Assembly (NCBI RefSeq): GCF_018350175.1
Contig: NC_058368.1
Coordinates: forward strand, 51,337,815 to 51,401,814
From: Felis catus
Taxonomy: Eukaryota
Length of the DNA stretch: 64,000 bases
Direction: 5' to 3'
This document shows positions 27,401-41,000 of the stretch, one piece after another. Position 1 is the stretch's first letter, and each line of letters begins with the position of its first letter. Under the pieces are notes generated by a model. The model had not been told where the DNA came from and did no database searches. It worked only from the letters and a program-made list of their open reading frames with translations. The position numbers were made by a program, and so were the translations under genes.

Positions 27401-30400
27401 GCTCAATAAATGTATTCCAAAATTTAAACAATGTTTCATGAGAGAACACCTATAACCAATAAGAATTCTCCACTGCTTAGGTAGTTGTCATATTTAAACA
27501 CATTCTATACATCAATGTTTTGCAAAAAACTGCATCTTTAGTTTTGGATGTTTATAATGATTTACCAGCTGAAATTTGAGAAAAAAGAAGCAAGGAATTA
27601 TATGTATGCTCTAGTAATTATACTTAGGGATATGACTTCACAACTGCTAGGTTTAGATAAACATAAATAAGACTTTTTAAGGATCTTTTTAAAAAACAAC
27701 AAAGTAAGTAGTTATGTGGATTGGTACAAAATTTCCACCAACAGAATATCTATATAAACTGAAAAAATGCTGTATTTCATATTAATTAAATAGAAGTAAA
27801 GAGAAACTGTGTTATGTAAAAAAAAGAAAGAATAGGGGCGCCTGGGTGGCGCAGTCGGTTAAGCGTCCGACTTCAGCCAGGTCACGATCTCACGGTCCGT
27901 GAGTTCGAGCCCCGCGTCAGGCTCTGGGCTGATGGCTCAGAGCCTGGAGCCTGTTTCCGATTCTGTGTCTCCCTCTCTCTCTGCCCCTCCCCCGTTCATG
28001 CTCTGTCTCTCTCTGTCCCAAAAAAAATAAATAAACGTTGAAAAAAAAAATTAAAAAAAAAAAAGAAAGAATATGTATAAAATTTATAATTATATGAATA
28101 TGTATTTTATAGGATGTCATTTAAAATAATGTATATAAATTAAATATTATAATTATATATTTGAATATTCTATCTGTTTCTCTAAAGTTAATATATTTAA
28201 CCTAAACAAAGATATTATTTAAAAAAAAACCTATTAGGAAAATTATCTTCAGAGATGCTTTATACTTGGACATACACAAACTATGTTGGTTCAAATCTGA
28301 TGTATTGTTCTTTGTTGGATAAACAAACCTCTTAAAGCTAGGGGGTTTAACTTACATTGCACCTAGTATTTTGTTGTTTAACACACATGAAAAAATGACA
28401 TACAAATCTAAATATTCTCAAAAAAAAAATTCTCAGCACATTGCATGAATGAAAATTAACTGGTCATCAAAGAGCAACCCTACCTAGAATGTGCAAAGCT
28501 GCATGAGATCGGGTGGTGAGAGCCCTTGATCCTGTTGGTAAGGCAAGTTCAGGACTTAGAATACTACATCTGGACTGCATGTCTGCTGCAGAGGGAAGTC
28601 TGGCATCAGCAACCACTGCATTGTAACACCACAGCTCTCTGGTATTTGGTCGAAACCTTCAAGAAAGAATAATTATAGCACTTCAACATACAGTTTCATT
28701 AAAAAAAATTTTCTAGGGGCGCCTGGGTGGCGCAGTCGGTTAAGCGTCTGACTTCAGCCAGGTCACGATCTCGCGGTCCGGGAGTTCGAGCCCCGCGTCA
28801 GGCTCTGGGCTGATGGCTCAGAGCCTGGAGCCTGTTTCTGATTCTGTGTCTCCCTCTCTCTCTGCCCCTCCCCCGTTCATGCTCTGTCTCTCTCTGTCCC
28901 AAAAATAAATAAACGTTGAAAAAAAAAAATTAAAAAAAAAATTTTTTTCTAAAGTAGAATTGATGATACAAAGGGATTACATACAGTCAGCTTAAAGAGG
29001 ATAAAATGTAGCTCATTATTTTCTCTATCTGAGCTAAGTATATAAATAAAATGATTTATGTCACTGTAAGTGGAATAATTTGAATGAAACAGTAACACGG
29101 GCTATGATTCTTTTTTATGAGTACAGGAGCAATAGTACACATGGTGCACACATATATAAAGCTTTGTACAACGAAAAGTCTACAGATGAAGTCTAAAGAC
29201 AAAGGGCAAGTTGAAAGAAAATATGTGAAACACACATGCGACAAAAGAACAGTATTCACAATGTATAAGAGCTCCTGCAAGACAAAAAGAGGTTATCAAT
29301 CTAATATCAAAAGTGGACAAAAGACTTGGAATGCTGTTTCCACAAATGAAACACAAATAAAGTGTAAGGAGGTGTTCAACCTTACTAATAAACAGTAAAC
29401 CATAAGGGACCCACAATACCCCCCACCATTATCTCATTTCTCTTATCTCTTCCATAAAAAAATTCTCAAAAAGCTGCCTCCATTTCTTTGCCAATTTTTT
29501 GCTATGAATTCTTTTTGGAAAAGTTGTTTTAATCAACTACAGAGTACATACAAAAGAATAGTAACAAAATATTTTCAAGATAAGGTATGAAGAATAATGC
29601 CATAATGTGCACCAGTAAAAAGAACATTACTACTACCTTTTAAGTGCCCTGGATCTCCCTCCCTACTTAATTTCTTTCCTTTTCTTTCAAAGGTAGCAAT
29701 TACTTTGAAGTTTAAAAGTTTATCATTCTCTTCTTACGTTTATGATTTTTCATATGTTATATCAAAATTGTGTATTATTTAAGTTTCATGTTTTGAATTG
29801 TTTATGAACAGGATACACACTCTATGTGTTTTTCTGTGGCTTGCTTTCTTCAAACAATAGAATATGCTTACAACGTATTTATACAATGGTGTATAACTGC
29901 AAGCTCATTCATTCTCATTGTTATAGAGTATTAATAGCTCATGTGACTATATTACAGCTATTTGTCCATTCTACTAATGATGGCAAAAAAATGAAAACCA
30001 CTCAATTTTTCCATTACAAAAAAATGCTGCTGTGGATAATTTTATAAGTTTCCCTAAAGCATTAATACAAGAGTAAATGGGAAGGAAGAACAAAATTCTC
30101 ATTTTTTCCACAACTGGTATTCCTATACAGAATACCCAGGTTCTTTTGAAAATCTGATTTATGTCAGATACAGCTAACAATCATATTCATTTATTAAGGA
30201 TGGTTTTGTCAATCAATGGTGCTTGATGATCCAAATTTACTAAATACAAAGGACAATCTTGAAGAGATATTTACACACTCACAATGATAGCAGTATTATC
30301 CACAAGAGCCAAAAGGTGCAAGCAACTGAAGCATCCATGGATGGATACTGGATAAATAAAATGTGGTAGAAACATACAATGGAATGTTATTCCAGCCTTA

Positions 30401-33400
30401 AACAATTCTGTCACAGGCTATAATGCGAATGAATCTTGAGAACATGATGCTAGAAATAAGCTAGTCACAAAAAAGACAAATACTGTATGATTCCACTTAT
30501 ATATCAAAACTGGTCAAATTTACTGAAAGTAGAATGGTGGCTGCTACAGGCTAGAGGGACAGAGTAATAGGGAACCGTTCTTTGGGTACACAGTTTCAGT
30601 TTTGCAAGATAAAAACATTCTGGAGATCTACTGTAGAACAATGTGAATATACCTAACACTGCTGAATTGTACAACTAGAAATGGTTAAATTTTGTTTTTT
30701 ACTATAATTAAAAATAATTATTAAAAAATCTTTATCTTAAACTTAAAAATAATACTTGGCACAGAACAAATTCTATGAAAGTACCTGCTATAATTAGTAG
30801 CATTAATATAATTGTACTATTAAGTTTTAATTTAATCTATTAATTAGTTTGTGTGTGTATGTGATTATTTCTCTAGTTGCTTTTAAGATTTTTATCTTAG
30901 TCTTAGTGTTCTATAATTTCACTACAATTTCTCTTGATTGTAGATAATGGAAACACAATTTCTAATATCTGTGAATTTATTTATTTTTTTATTTTTTAAG
31001 TTTTATTTATTTATTTTGAGAGAGACAGAGACAGCATGAGTTGGGGAGGGGGAGACAATGAGGGAGAGAGAAATCCCAAGCAGGCTGCATGCTGTCAGCA
31101 CAGAGCCAGATGCTGGGCTTTAACTCATGAACTGTGAGATCAGGACCTGAGCTGAAACCAAGAGTCGGACGCTTAACCAACTGAGCCACTCAGGCGTCCC
31201 AGATATCTGCAAATTTAAACCTTTTTTTGGTTCTGGAAAATTATTAGGCATTATCTCTTCAAATGTTTTTCTCCTTTATTTTCTCTAATTTCTAATATTT
31301 TCTTCTTGGATGTGTACTAGATCTTCTCATTATATTCTTCAAATCTCTTTCACATTTTTTTATTAAAAAAATTTTTTTTAATGTTTATTTATTTTTGAGA
31401 GGGAGAGAGAGAGAGACAGAATGCCAGCTGTCAGCACAGAGCCCAATATGGGACTTGAACTCACGGACTGCAAGATCATGACCTGAGCTGAAGTCAGACG
31501 CTTAACCGACTGAATCACCCAGGCGCTCCCACTTTTTTTATATTCTTGTCTCTGTGGCATTTTGTGTAATTCCCTTTCATTTGATCAAATCTGATCTACT
31601 CATGCATTTGTGTAAATAACTATTCTTCATTTATAAAAGTTTTGGTTGGTTGTTTTTCAAATATGCTTCATCATCTTGAGTCTTACGAGTTTTCTTTTGT
31701 TGTTCAATTCCATCTTTTATTTTTTAAACATTTCATATATACTTTATATTATTTCTGATAATTCCAAGATCTCATTGCTTGCCTCTTGCTGAATTTCATT
31801 AAAAGTGATATTACTTGTGGGGCGCCTGGGTGGCGCAGTCGGTTAAGCGTCCGACTTCAGCCAGGTCACGATCTTGCGGTCCGTGAGTTCGAGCCCCGCG
31901 TGGGGCTCTGGGCTGACGGCTCAGAGCCTGGAGCCTGTTTCCGATTCTGTGTCTCCCTCTCTCTCTGCCCCTCCCCCGTTCATGCTCTGTCTCTCTCTGT
32001 CCCCAAAATAAATAAAAACGTTGGAAAAAAAAAAAAGTGATATTACTTGTATGTTAAGCAATCTTTGACTTGGTGCTCATACTTGATGGAATGTTAATTC
32101 ATTAAAACCTATGGTACCATGCTGGTACCAAAGCATGGAGGATTTACACTGGCCTTGTGCTGGAGACAGAGGGGTATTACATATTTGATCCCACTTCAGC
32201 ATCATTCTAAGGCCAGATGCTTAACAGAATTTTCAGTTCCCATCTCCCTCACCTTGTAGCTGGCACAATGTTTGTTTTCCAAACTGCAGCACTGCTTATC
32301 AGCAGTTGCCCTCAGCAAAATCCTGTGTTTACAGTGCTGACTGCTTACTTCTCAAGGGTCACCTCATGAGGTATGATTTTTATTTTTATGCTGGTTTTCT
32401 TTCTTTGAGGTAGGGGTGGAAGAGAGGGGCACTATATTAGTGATATCTTAGCTGAGTGCCAAGCAATGTATAAAATTTAAACTTGGGGTGCCTGGGTGGC
32501 TCAGTCAGTTGAGCGACTGACTTCAGCTTGGGTCATGATCACACGGTTTGTGAGTTCGAGCCCCACATCGGGCTCTGTGCTGACAGCTCAGAGCCTGAAG
32601 CCTGCTTCTGATTCTGTGTTTCCCTCTCTCTCTGCCCCTCCCCGACCCATGCTCTGTCTCTCTCTAGTCTCAGAAATAAATAAACATAAAAAAATTTTTT
32701 TAATTTAAACTTATTTTTTTTTAGTTCATCAAATTGCCAAAAGTGGAAATCCCCACTCTTCAAACCATACCAATCTAGTTTGCACATCTAACACTTGCAT
32801 GAAATTATTCTCAAAGTTGTAAATAACTTCTAAGTAGCTAAACCTAATGGAAGTTTTTGTCATCTACTTAGTCAAGCCCTCAGCATATTCAACATCATTA
32901 AATGCTCCTCTTTATGATCCATCCCCTTCTCACTTCCATGTCAGCACACCCTTTTGGCTTTTTCTAATAGTTCACTGGCTGCTCTTTCTAGTCTCCTGAC
33001 TAGTTCCTCTCTCCCCTAACTTAAAATGTTTTAAGTTTAGGACTCTCCTCAACCTACATTCTCTGCCTAGGTGCTCTCGTTCAAAAACACCCCTTTAGAT
33101 ATACCTATAAACTAAAAATTCTGGAATTTACATTCCCAGTCCAAACCAGTCCTTTGTGCCTGGCTCACTTCTCTAACTGCCTACTTAACATGTCAAAAAC
33201 AGAAATCTTGACAAAATCTGTTCCTTTCTCTGCCTCTCCTGGCTCAGTTAATGTCTATTCAAATGCCAAAATCAGAACTTTGGGAATCATCCTTGAACAC
33301 TTTCTTTCCTTAAATGGCCACTGCCCCCACCCCCACCACTCCCCCCCACAACCCCACCCCCAAATCAACCAAGTTCTATTGGCTCTATTCCAAACTATGT

Positions 33401-34998
33401 GCTACTGCCTTCTCCTCCCATCTTCCCCACCACAACCCTAAGTTTCATGACATCCTCTCTCCCTTGCACTACTGCAGTAACCTCCTGTATCTGTGCCTGT
33501 CTCCTTCCCATCTATTTTCCACACAGTAAGTATAATCTCTTAGTGTCACTTCCCAACTCAACATCCTACAAAAACTTCCTATTGGAAGAAAACTCAAATT
33601 TCTTGATCTACCCTACAAAGTCCTGCATGTCCTAGCCCTGCCTACTCCTTTGAATTCATTTTGTGCCACTCACTCACTATGTTCTAACCACACTGGCTTT
33701 TTTCAAGTTCCTAAAACACAGCCAAGCTCTTGCTGGTACCAAAGCATTTGGGTCTACTAAGCTCTCCCTGCTCAGAAAACTTTTCCTAACTCTTCAAATG
33801 CCTGGTTCTTTTTATATTTTAAGGTCTTAACTTATACTATCTCCACTGAATGGAATATAGGTCACTGCTGTTAACCTCAATCATAGCGCCCTCTTTTTCC
33901 TTAATAATGCTGAGCAAGCTCTGTAAAGTATATTAGATAATCATTTTGTATAGTCTTTATCTCTGTTAAAAAAAAAAAAAAGACGACTTCCCTAAGAGCA
34001 AGGACATTGTCTATCTCATATCATATAGTATGTATTTAAATATTAACAGAATAAAATTAAAATAGCAAAAATTGAAAATAATAGTGCAGTATTAGCATAC
34101 AGTATTAATATTAGTATTTAATATTATTAAATGATAATAACTGTATAGTGATGCAGATAGTATGGGAAAATACGGACTCGCACATGCGGTTGGTAAAGAC
34201 AGTATTAAGGGAGAAAAGGGCAGGTATATATGACAATTCTGACTATCTTCTGACTCAGCAATTCCACTTCTTGAAAGCCACCTCATAGCAATACACTCCC
34301 ATGAGTATAAAACTCTGTGCGTATATACATGTGTGTGTTTGTGTGTTCACTGGGGCATTACAGATAATACTGAAACATAAAAAAATAATCTAAAAATTTT
34401 GTTCATTAATAGGGAAATAGATCAGTATATTTTGGTATATCCAGACTACAGGATTCTATACAGTTTTAATAAAAAAGCAGTTCTTAGTGACTTGGAAAGA
34501 CCTAGAAATTGTTGTTTAGCAAAAAACCTAACTTTTAAAATGAATATATTCTTATTTGTATTTTAAAAATACATGCATTTCGGGGCGCCTGGGTGGCGCA
34601 GTCGGTTAAGCGTCCGACTTCAGCCAGGTCACGATCTCGCAGTCCGAGAGTTTGAGCCCCACGTCGGGCTCTGGGCTGATGGCTCAGAGCCTGGAGCCTG
34701 TTTCCGATTCTGTGTCTCCCTCTCTCTCTGCCCCTCCCCCGTTCATGCTCTATCTCTCTCTGTCCCAAAAATAAATAAACGTTGAAAAAAAAAATTAAAA
34801 AAAAAAAATACATGCATTTAAAAAGGTGTCAAACTGGGGCTCCGGGGTGGCTCAATGGGTTGAGCTTCCGACTTTGCCTCAGGTCATGATCTCACCTGTG
34901 AGTTCAAGCCCCACATCGGGCTCTGTGCTGACAGCTCAGAGCCTGGAGCTTGCGTCAGAGTCTGTGTCTCCCGCTCTCTCTGCCCCTCCCCTACTCAC

Positions 34999-35085
<87 letters not shown>

Positions 35086-38000
35086 AAATGAATAAAGGCT
35101 TGCACCATGCAAACGCCCAATGTTGTGCTTCTGCGGATCCATCCCTCCAAGGGGCCTGCCTCCCTCCAGGTGCTGCAGTGCCCCTCCCGCAGGGGACCAC
35201 CTACTGCAAAGCAAGCTAAGCCTGCCCCTCCAGCCCCTGTGTACCTTGCAGATCCACCCCGTCTAATATGCCCTTGGCCAGATCCCATCTCAGCAGCACT
35301 ACAAACCTGGCAGTGTGTAAGCAGCCCAGACAGAGGCCACAGCACTCCACAGTGAGTCCTGTCCCTGGAAGAGGGGAAGATAAGGTACACACCAGACTGA
35401 CTGTGGCCCCAGTGGTGGGCTGGGGACAGACATCTAGTCTGACTGCAGCCCCGCCCACCAACACAAGTTACTCCAGACAGCACAGGGGAAGTGCCCTGCA
35501 GTTCTGTGCCACTCCAGGGACTATCCAAAATGACGAAACAGAAGAATTCTCCTCAAAAGAGACTCCAGGAAGTAGTGACAGCTAACGAATTGACCAAAAC
35601 CGATTTAAGCAATATAATGGAACAAGAATTTAGAATGATAGTCATAAAATTACTCACTGGGCTTGAAAAAAGCATACAGGACAGCAGAGAATCTATTGCT
35701 ACAGAGATCAAGGGACTAAAAATAGTCACGAGGAACTAAAAAATGCTATAAATGAGGTGCAAAATAAAATGGAGGCGGCCATAGCATGGATTGAAGAGGC
35801 AGAGGAGAGAATAGGTGAATAGGAAGACAAAATTATGGAAAATGAGGAAGCTGACAAAAAGAGAGATAAAAAAAAATCCAGGAGTATGAGGGGAGAATTA
35901 GAGAACTAAGTGATGCAATCAAATGGAACAATATCTGTATCATAGAAATTCTAGAAGAGGAAGAGAGAGAGAGAGGAGCTGAAGGTGTACTTGAACAAAT
36001 CATAGCTGAGACTTCCCCGATATGAGGAAGGAAACAGGCATTAAAATCAAAGAGGCACAGAGAACTACCTTCAGCTGTAACTTGAATCAAACTTCTGCAT
36101 GACACATCATAGTGAAACTGGCAAAATACAAGGATAAAGAGAGAATTCTGAAAGCAGTTAGGGATAAACAGGCCCTAACTTACAAAGCTAGACACATAAG
36201 GGTAGTAGCAGACCTATCTACTGAAACTTGGTGGGCCAGAGAGGAATGGCAAGAAATCTTCAATGTGATGAACAGAAAAAATATGCAGCTGAGAATCCTT
36301 TATCCAGCAGGACTGTCATTCAGATTAGAAGGAGAGATAAAGGTTTTCCCAAACACACAAAAACTGAAGGAATTCATCACCACTAAACCAGCCCTACAAG
36401 AGATCCTGAGGGGGATTCTGTGAGTGAAATGTTGTAAGGACCACAAAGTACCAGAGATATCACTACAATCATGAAACCTACAGACATCACAATGACTCTA
36501 AACCTATATCTTTCAATAACAACAATGAATGTAAATGGACTAAATGCTCCAACCAAAAGACAAATGATATCAGAATGGATAAGAAAACAAGACCCATCTA
36601 TTTGCTGTCTACAAGAGACTCATTTTACACTTGAGGACAACTTCAGATTGAAAGTGAGGGGATGGAGAACTATCTATCATGCTACTGCAAGTCAGAAGAA
36701 AGCTGAGTAGCCATACTTACATCAGACAAACTAGACTTTAAATTAAAGGTGGTACCAAGAGATGAAGAAGGGCATTATATAATAATTACAGGGTCTATCC
36801 ATCAGGAAGAGCTAACAATTATAAATGTCTATGTACCAAATACAGGAGCCCCCAAATATATAAAACAATCACAAATTTAAGCAACCATGTTGATAAGAAT
36901 GTGGTAATTGCAGGGGACTTTAATACTTCACTTACAACAATGGATAGATCATCTAGACACAGGATCAATAAAGAAAAAAGGGCCCTGAATGATACATTGG
37001 ATCAGATGGACTTGGCAGATATATTTAGAACTCTGCATCCCAAAGCAACAGAATATATTTTCTTCTCCAGTGCACATGGAACATTCTCCAAGAGACATCA
37101 CCTACTGGGTCACAAAACAGCCCTTCGTAAGCATAAAAGAACTGAGATCATACCATGCACACTTGCAGACCACAATACTATGAAACTTGAAATCAACCAC
37201 AGGAAAAAGTCTGGAAAACCTCCAAAAGCATGGAGGTTAAAGAACACCCCACTAAAGAATGAATGGGTCAACCAGGCAATTAGAGAAGAAATTTAAAAAT
37301 ATATGGAAACAAATGAAGATGAAAATACAACAATCCAAACGCTTTGGGATGTAGCAAAGGCAGTCCTGAGAGGAAGATACATTGCAATCCAGGCCTATCT
37401 TAAGAAACAAGAAAAATCCCAAATACAAAATCTAACAGCACACCTAAAGGAAACAGAGCAGAACAGCAAAGACATCCCAAACCCAGCAGAAGAAGAGAAA
37501 TAATAAAGATCAGAGCAGAAATAATATAGAATCTAAAAAAACTGTAGAGCAGATCAATGAAACTAAGATTGGTTTTTTGAAAAAATAAACAAAATTGATA
37601 AACCTGTAGCCAAGCTTCTCAAAAAGAAAAGGGAGATGACCCAAATAGATAAAATCATGAATGAAAATGCAATTATTACAATCAATCCCTCAGAAATACA
37701 AGCAATAATCAGGGAATACTATGAAAAATTATATGCCAACAAACTAGACAGCCTAGAAGAAATGTTCAAATACCTAAGCACCCATACACTTCTGAAACTC
37801 AAATGGAAAGAAATAGAAAACTTGAACAGACCCATTACCAGCAAAGAAATTGAATCAGTTCTCAAAAATCTCCCAACAAGTAAGAGTCCAGGACCAGATG
37901 GCTTCCCTGGGGAATTCTACCAGACATTTAAAACAGAGATAATACCTATCCTTCTCAAGCTGTTCCAAAAAATTGAAAGGGAAGGAAAACTTCCAGACTC

Positions 38001-41000
38001 ATTCTATGAAGCCAGCATTACTTTGATTCCCAAACCAGACAGAGACCCAGCAAAAAAAAGAGAACTACAGGGCAATATCCTTGATGAATACAGACGCAAA
38101 AGTCCTCAACAAGATACTAGCAAATCGAATTCAACAGCATATAAAAAAAATTATTCACCATGATCAAGTGGGATTCATTCCTGGGCTGCAGGGCTGGTTC
38201 AACATTCCCAAATCAATCAGTGTGATACATCACATTAATAAAAGAAAAGAAAAAAACCATATGATCCTGTCAATCAAAGCAGAAAAAGCATTTGACAAAA
38301 TTCAGCATCCTTTCTTAATAAAAACCCTCGAGAAAGTCGGGATAGAAGGAACATACTTAAACATCATAAAAGCCATTTATGAAAAGCCCACAGCTAATAT
38401 CATCCTCAATGGGGAAAAACTGAGAGCTTTCTTCCTGAGATCAGGAACATGACAGGGATGTCCACTCTCACTGCTGTTTGCTAACATAGTGTTGGAAGTT
38501 CTAGCATCAGCAATCAGGCAACAAAAGGAAATCAAAGGCATCAAAATTGGCAAAGATGAATTCAAGCTTTCACTTTTTGCAGATGACATGATATTATATA
38601 TGGAAAACCCGACAGACTCTACCAAAAGTCTGCTAGAACTGATACATGAATTCAGCAAAGTTGCAGGATACAGAATTAATTTACAGAAATCAGCTGCATT
38701 CTTTTACACTAATAATGAAGGAACAGAAAGACAAAGAAACTGATCCCATTCACAACTGCACCAAGAATCATAAAATACCTAGGAATAAACCTAACCAAAA
38801 ATGTAAAAGATCCGTATACTGAAAAGTATAGAAAGCTTATGAAGGAAATTGAAGAAGATATAAAGAAATGGAAAAACATTCCATGCTCATGGGTTGGAAG
38901 AATAAATATTGTTAAAATGTCAATTCTACCCAAAGCTATCTACACATTCAATGCAATCCCAATCAAAATTGCACCAGCATTCTTCTTGAAGCTAGAACAA
39001 GCAATCCTAAAATTTATATGGAACCACAAAAGACCCCAAATAGCCAAAATAATTTTGAAGAAGAAGACCAAAGCAGGAGGCATCACAATCCCAGACTTTA
39101 GCCTCCACTACAAAGCTGTAATCATCAAGACAGCATGGTATTGGCACAAAGACAGACACAAAGACCAGTGGAATAGAATAGAGTCTCCAGAATTGGACCC
39201 ACAAAAGTATGGCCAACTAATCTTTGACAAAGCAGGAAAGAATATCCAATGGAAAACAGACAGTCTCTTTAACAAATGGTGCTGGGAGAGCTGGACAGCA
39301 ACATGCAGAAGACTGAAACTAGACCACTTACTTACACCATTCACAAAATTAAACTCAAAATGGATAAAGGACCTGAATTTGAGACAAGAAACCATCAAAA
39401 CACTAGAGGAGAAAGCAGGAAAAAATCTCTCTGACCTCAGCCGCAGCAATTTCTTACTTGACACATCCTGAAAGGCAAGGGAATTAAAAGCAAAAATGAA
39501 GTATTAGGACCTCATGAAGATAAAAAGCTTCTGCACTGCAGAGGAAACAGTCAACAAAACTAAAAGGCAACCAACGAATGGGAAAAGACATCTTAAAATG
39601 ACATATTAGACAAAGGGCTAGTATCCAAAATCTATAAAGAACTCACCAAACTCCACACCCGAAAAACTAATAATCCAGTGAAGAAATGGGCAGAAAACAT
39701 GAATAGACACTTGTCTAAAGAAGACATCCGGATGGCCAACAGGCACATGTAAAGATGCTCAACGTCACTCCTCATCAGGGAAATACAAATCAAAACCACA
39801 CTCAGCACCTCACACAAGTCAGAGTGGCTAAAATTAACAAATCAGGAGACTTTAGATGTTGGCGAGGATGTGGAGAAACGGGAACCCTCTTGCACTGTTG
39901 TTGGAAATGCAAACTGGTGCACCCACTCTGGAAAACAGTGTGGAGGTTCCTGAAAAAAATTAAAAATAGATCTACCCTATGACCCAGTAATAGCACTGCT
40001 GGGAATTTACCCAAGGGATACAGGAGTGCTGATGCATAGGGGCGCTTGTACCCCAATGTTTATAGCAGCTTTTTCAACAATAGCCAAATTATGGAAAGAG
40101 CCTAAATGTCCATCAACTGATGAATGGATAAAGAAGGTGTGGTTTTTATATACAATGGAATACTACATGGCAATGAGAAAGAATGAAATACGGCCTTTTG
40201 TAGCAACGTGGATGGAACTAGAGAGTGTTATACTAAGTGAAATAAGTCATACAGAGAAAGAAAGATACCATATGTTTTCACTCTTACGTAGATCTTGAGA
40301 AACTTAACAGAACACCATGGGGGAGGGGAAGGGGAAAAAATAGAGAGGGAGGGAGGCAAAGCATAAGAGACTCTTAAAAACTGAGAATAAACTGAGGGTT
40401 GATGGGGGGGTGGGAGGGAGGGGAAAGTGGGTGATGGGCATTGAGGGCACCTGTTGGGATGAGCACTGGGTGTTGTATGGAAACCAATTTGACAATAAAT
40501 TTTGTATTAAAAAAATAAATGAACAAACGTTAAAAAATTTTTTTAAAAATGAAAACACATATTCATGTATTAATTGTATATATTTTGAAGTGCGAAATAA
40601 AATTGCTATTCTTAACATTCATCTGCTTTTTATAGGTGTTAAATTTCTAATTATACAGGAGAAATTCTCTGTTAAGACTACAAAAAGAAGCATTCTAGAT
40701 GGAAGGAAAGTCAAAGTAAGCTAATACTGAATCTGCAGTACCTATGACAGCTTTAAAATGCAAGTACCCTAGTGAAAAACACAAAGGACATAAAATAGCC
40801 TGAAGTCAGGATAACAGAATAAAAACTCTAATTCTGATTACAAGAAAACACCCTCCAGCTGTTTTAGTGAAACACTGGAGGAGTGACTGCTCTTCATCTC
40901 TCAATCTTTGTTCTGGAACAAAGGACTGTGGAGACGTTTGAGATCATCTCTCCCAATGTTATCACCATATGTGAAAAAGGCAAGGTTCAACTAACTGCCT

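Noticed and set aside
34995..35528. 177-aa minus-strand ORF
   Set aside because: Spans the antisense L1 5'UTR and a (CA)n/(GA)n microsatellite; no coding signature
35530..40298. Reverse transcriptase and endonuclease ORFs as an active or novel retroelement system
   Set aside because: Ordinary LINE-1 ORF1/ORF2, broken by many stops and frameshifts, with an incomplete 5'UTR
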